DNA of 63,257 bases, filler included, from Asterionella formosa (Eukaryota), in the NCBI GenBank assembly GCA_002256025.1. It is 3 parts of 3 records of this genome, joined end to end, with 100 filler letters (N's around TTAATTAATTAA, not from the genome) between each part and the next. Parts side by side here need not be neighbours in the genome. Positions count along the whole stretch, not along the records: positions 42,240 to 63,257 come from NKIB01003152.1; 2 more parts are not named here. One strand, 5' to 3'. This document shows positions 62,861-63,257 of this stretch, one piece after another. Position 1 is the first letter of the stretch; the number at the start of each line of letters is the position of its first letter. The translations under genes were made by a program, and so were the position numbers. The notes under the pieces were generated by a model, which searched no databases, had not been told where the DNA came from, and saw only the letters and a program-made list of their open reading frames with translations.

Positions 62861-63254
62861 GCAATTCCCGCTCCAGCTATCGTCTTGCCATTCGGGTACT
62901 TCTAAGTAATTTTTAGTCTCTAAGTAATTTCTTAAGTAATTTTTATTTAAGGGCAATATGGGGCACATCGAATTTTTCGGCAATAAAATTGCCGATTTTA
63001 GCATGACAACCAAAATAACGGTAATATGCATGGAGATGGTACAACAAGCGTAAAACACACGAGAATGATTGTAACATGCAACATCAACGAAAATTGAACA
63101 TGATGGCTGTTTGGAGCAACCAAAGTATGCAATGCGATGTAATAAGTAGCATCAAATGAGAAATAGAAAAAATTGTTTTGGGTTAGAAATGAAATAAAAA
63201 ATAAGAGTTCCAATGGAGACGTATGCATTGTGAATCATTGTAGTACTTACACAC
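62861..63254 (+). repeat. Dispersed ~390-bp repeat, copy 2, upstream of CK1
   Basis: Colinear with 27345-27731. Confidence 0.9.
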
Positions 63255-63257
63255 CAG

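Overview
Eukaryotic nuclear DNA with short GT-AG introns, most consistent with a diatom. That assignment is inferred from a bipartite plastid-targeting N-terminus, an RXL/lysine-rich silaffin-like protein and a diatom-type Copia element. Compact gene islands are separated by long tracts of decayed transposable elements. Recognisable genes: a partial methyltransferase-like CDS, a TLDc protein, CENP-X, ERGIC3/Erv46, an unknown membrane protein, a spastin-like AAA ATPase, a MAP2K, Elongin C, a silaffin-like secreted protein, a GST/YbaK-fused prolyl-tRNA synthetase, RPS21, a WD40-like protein and casein kinase 1. Mobile DNA: a pogo-like element with both TIRs and a TA duplication, two Harbinger relics, a possible Crypton relic, a decayed Copia element, a tRNA-derived SINE candidate and several tandem or dispersed repeats. 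The two 100-nt N-gaps carry an artificial TTAATTAATTAA spacer. The most striking unexplained signal is dense clustering of TA-CC(N0-2)GG-TA palindromes upstream of most genes; these resemble what repeated excision of the resident CCA...TGG pogo element could leave. Also notable are two diverged repeat copies that carry long hairpins of different sequence at the same position. All calls were made by eye, without database searches.
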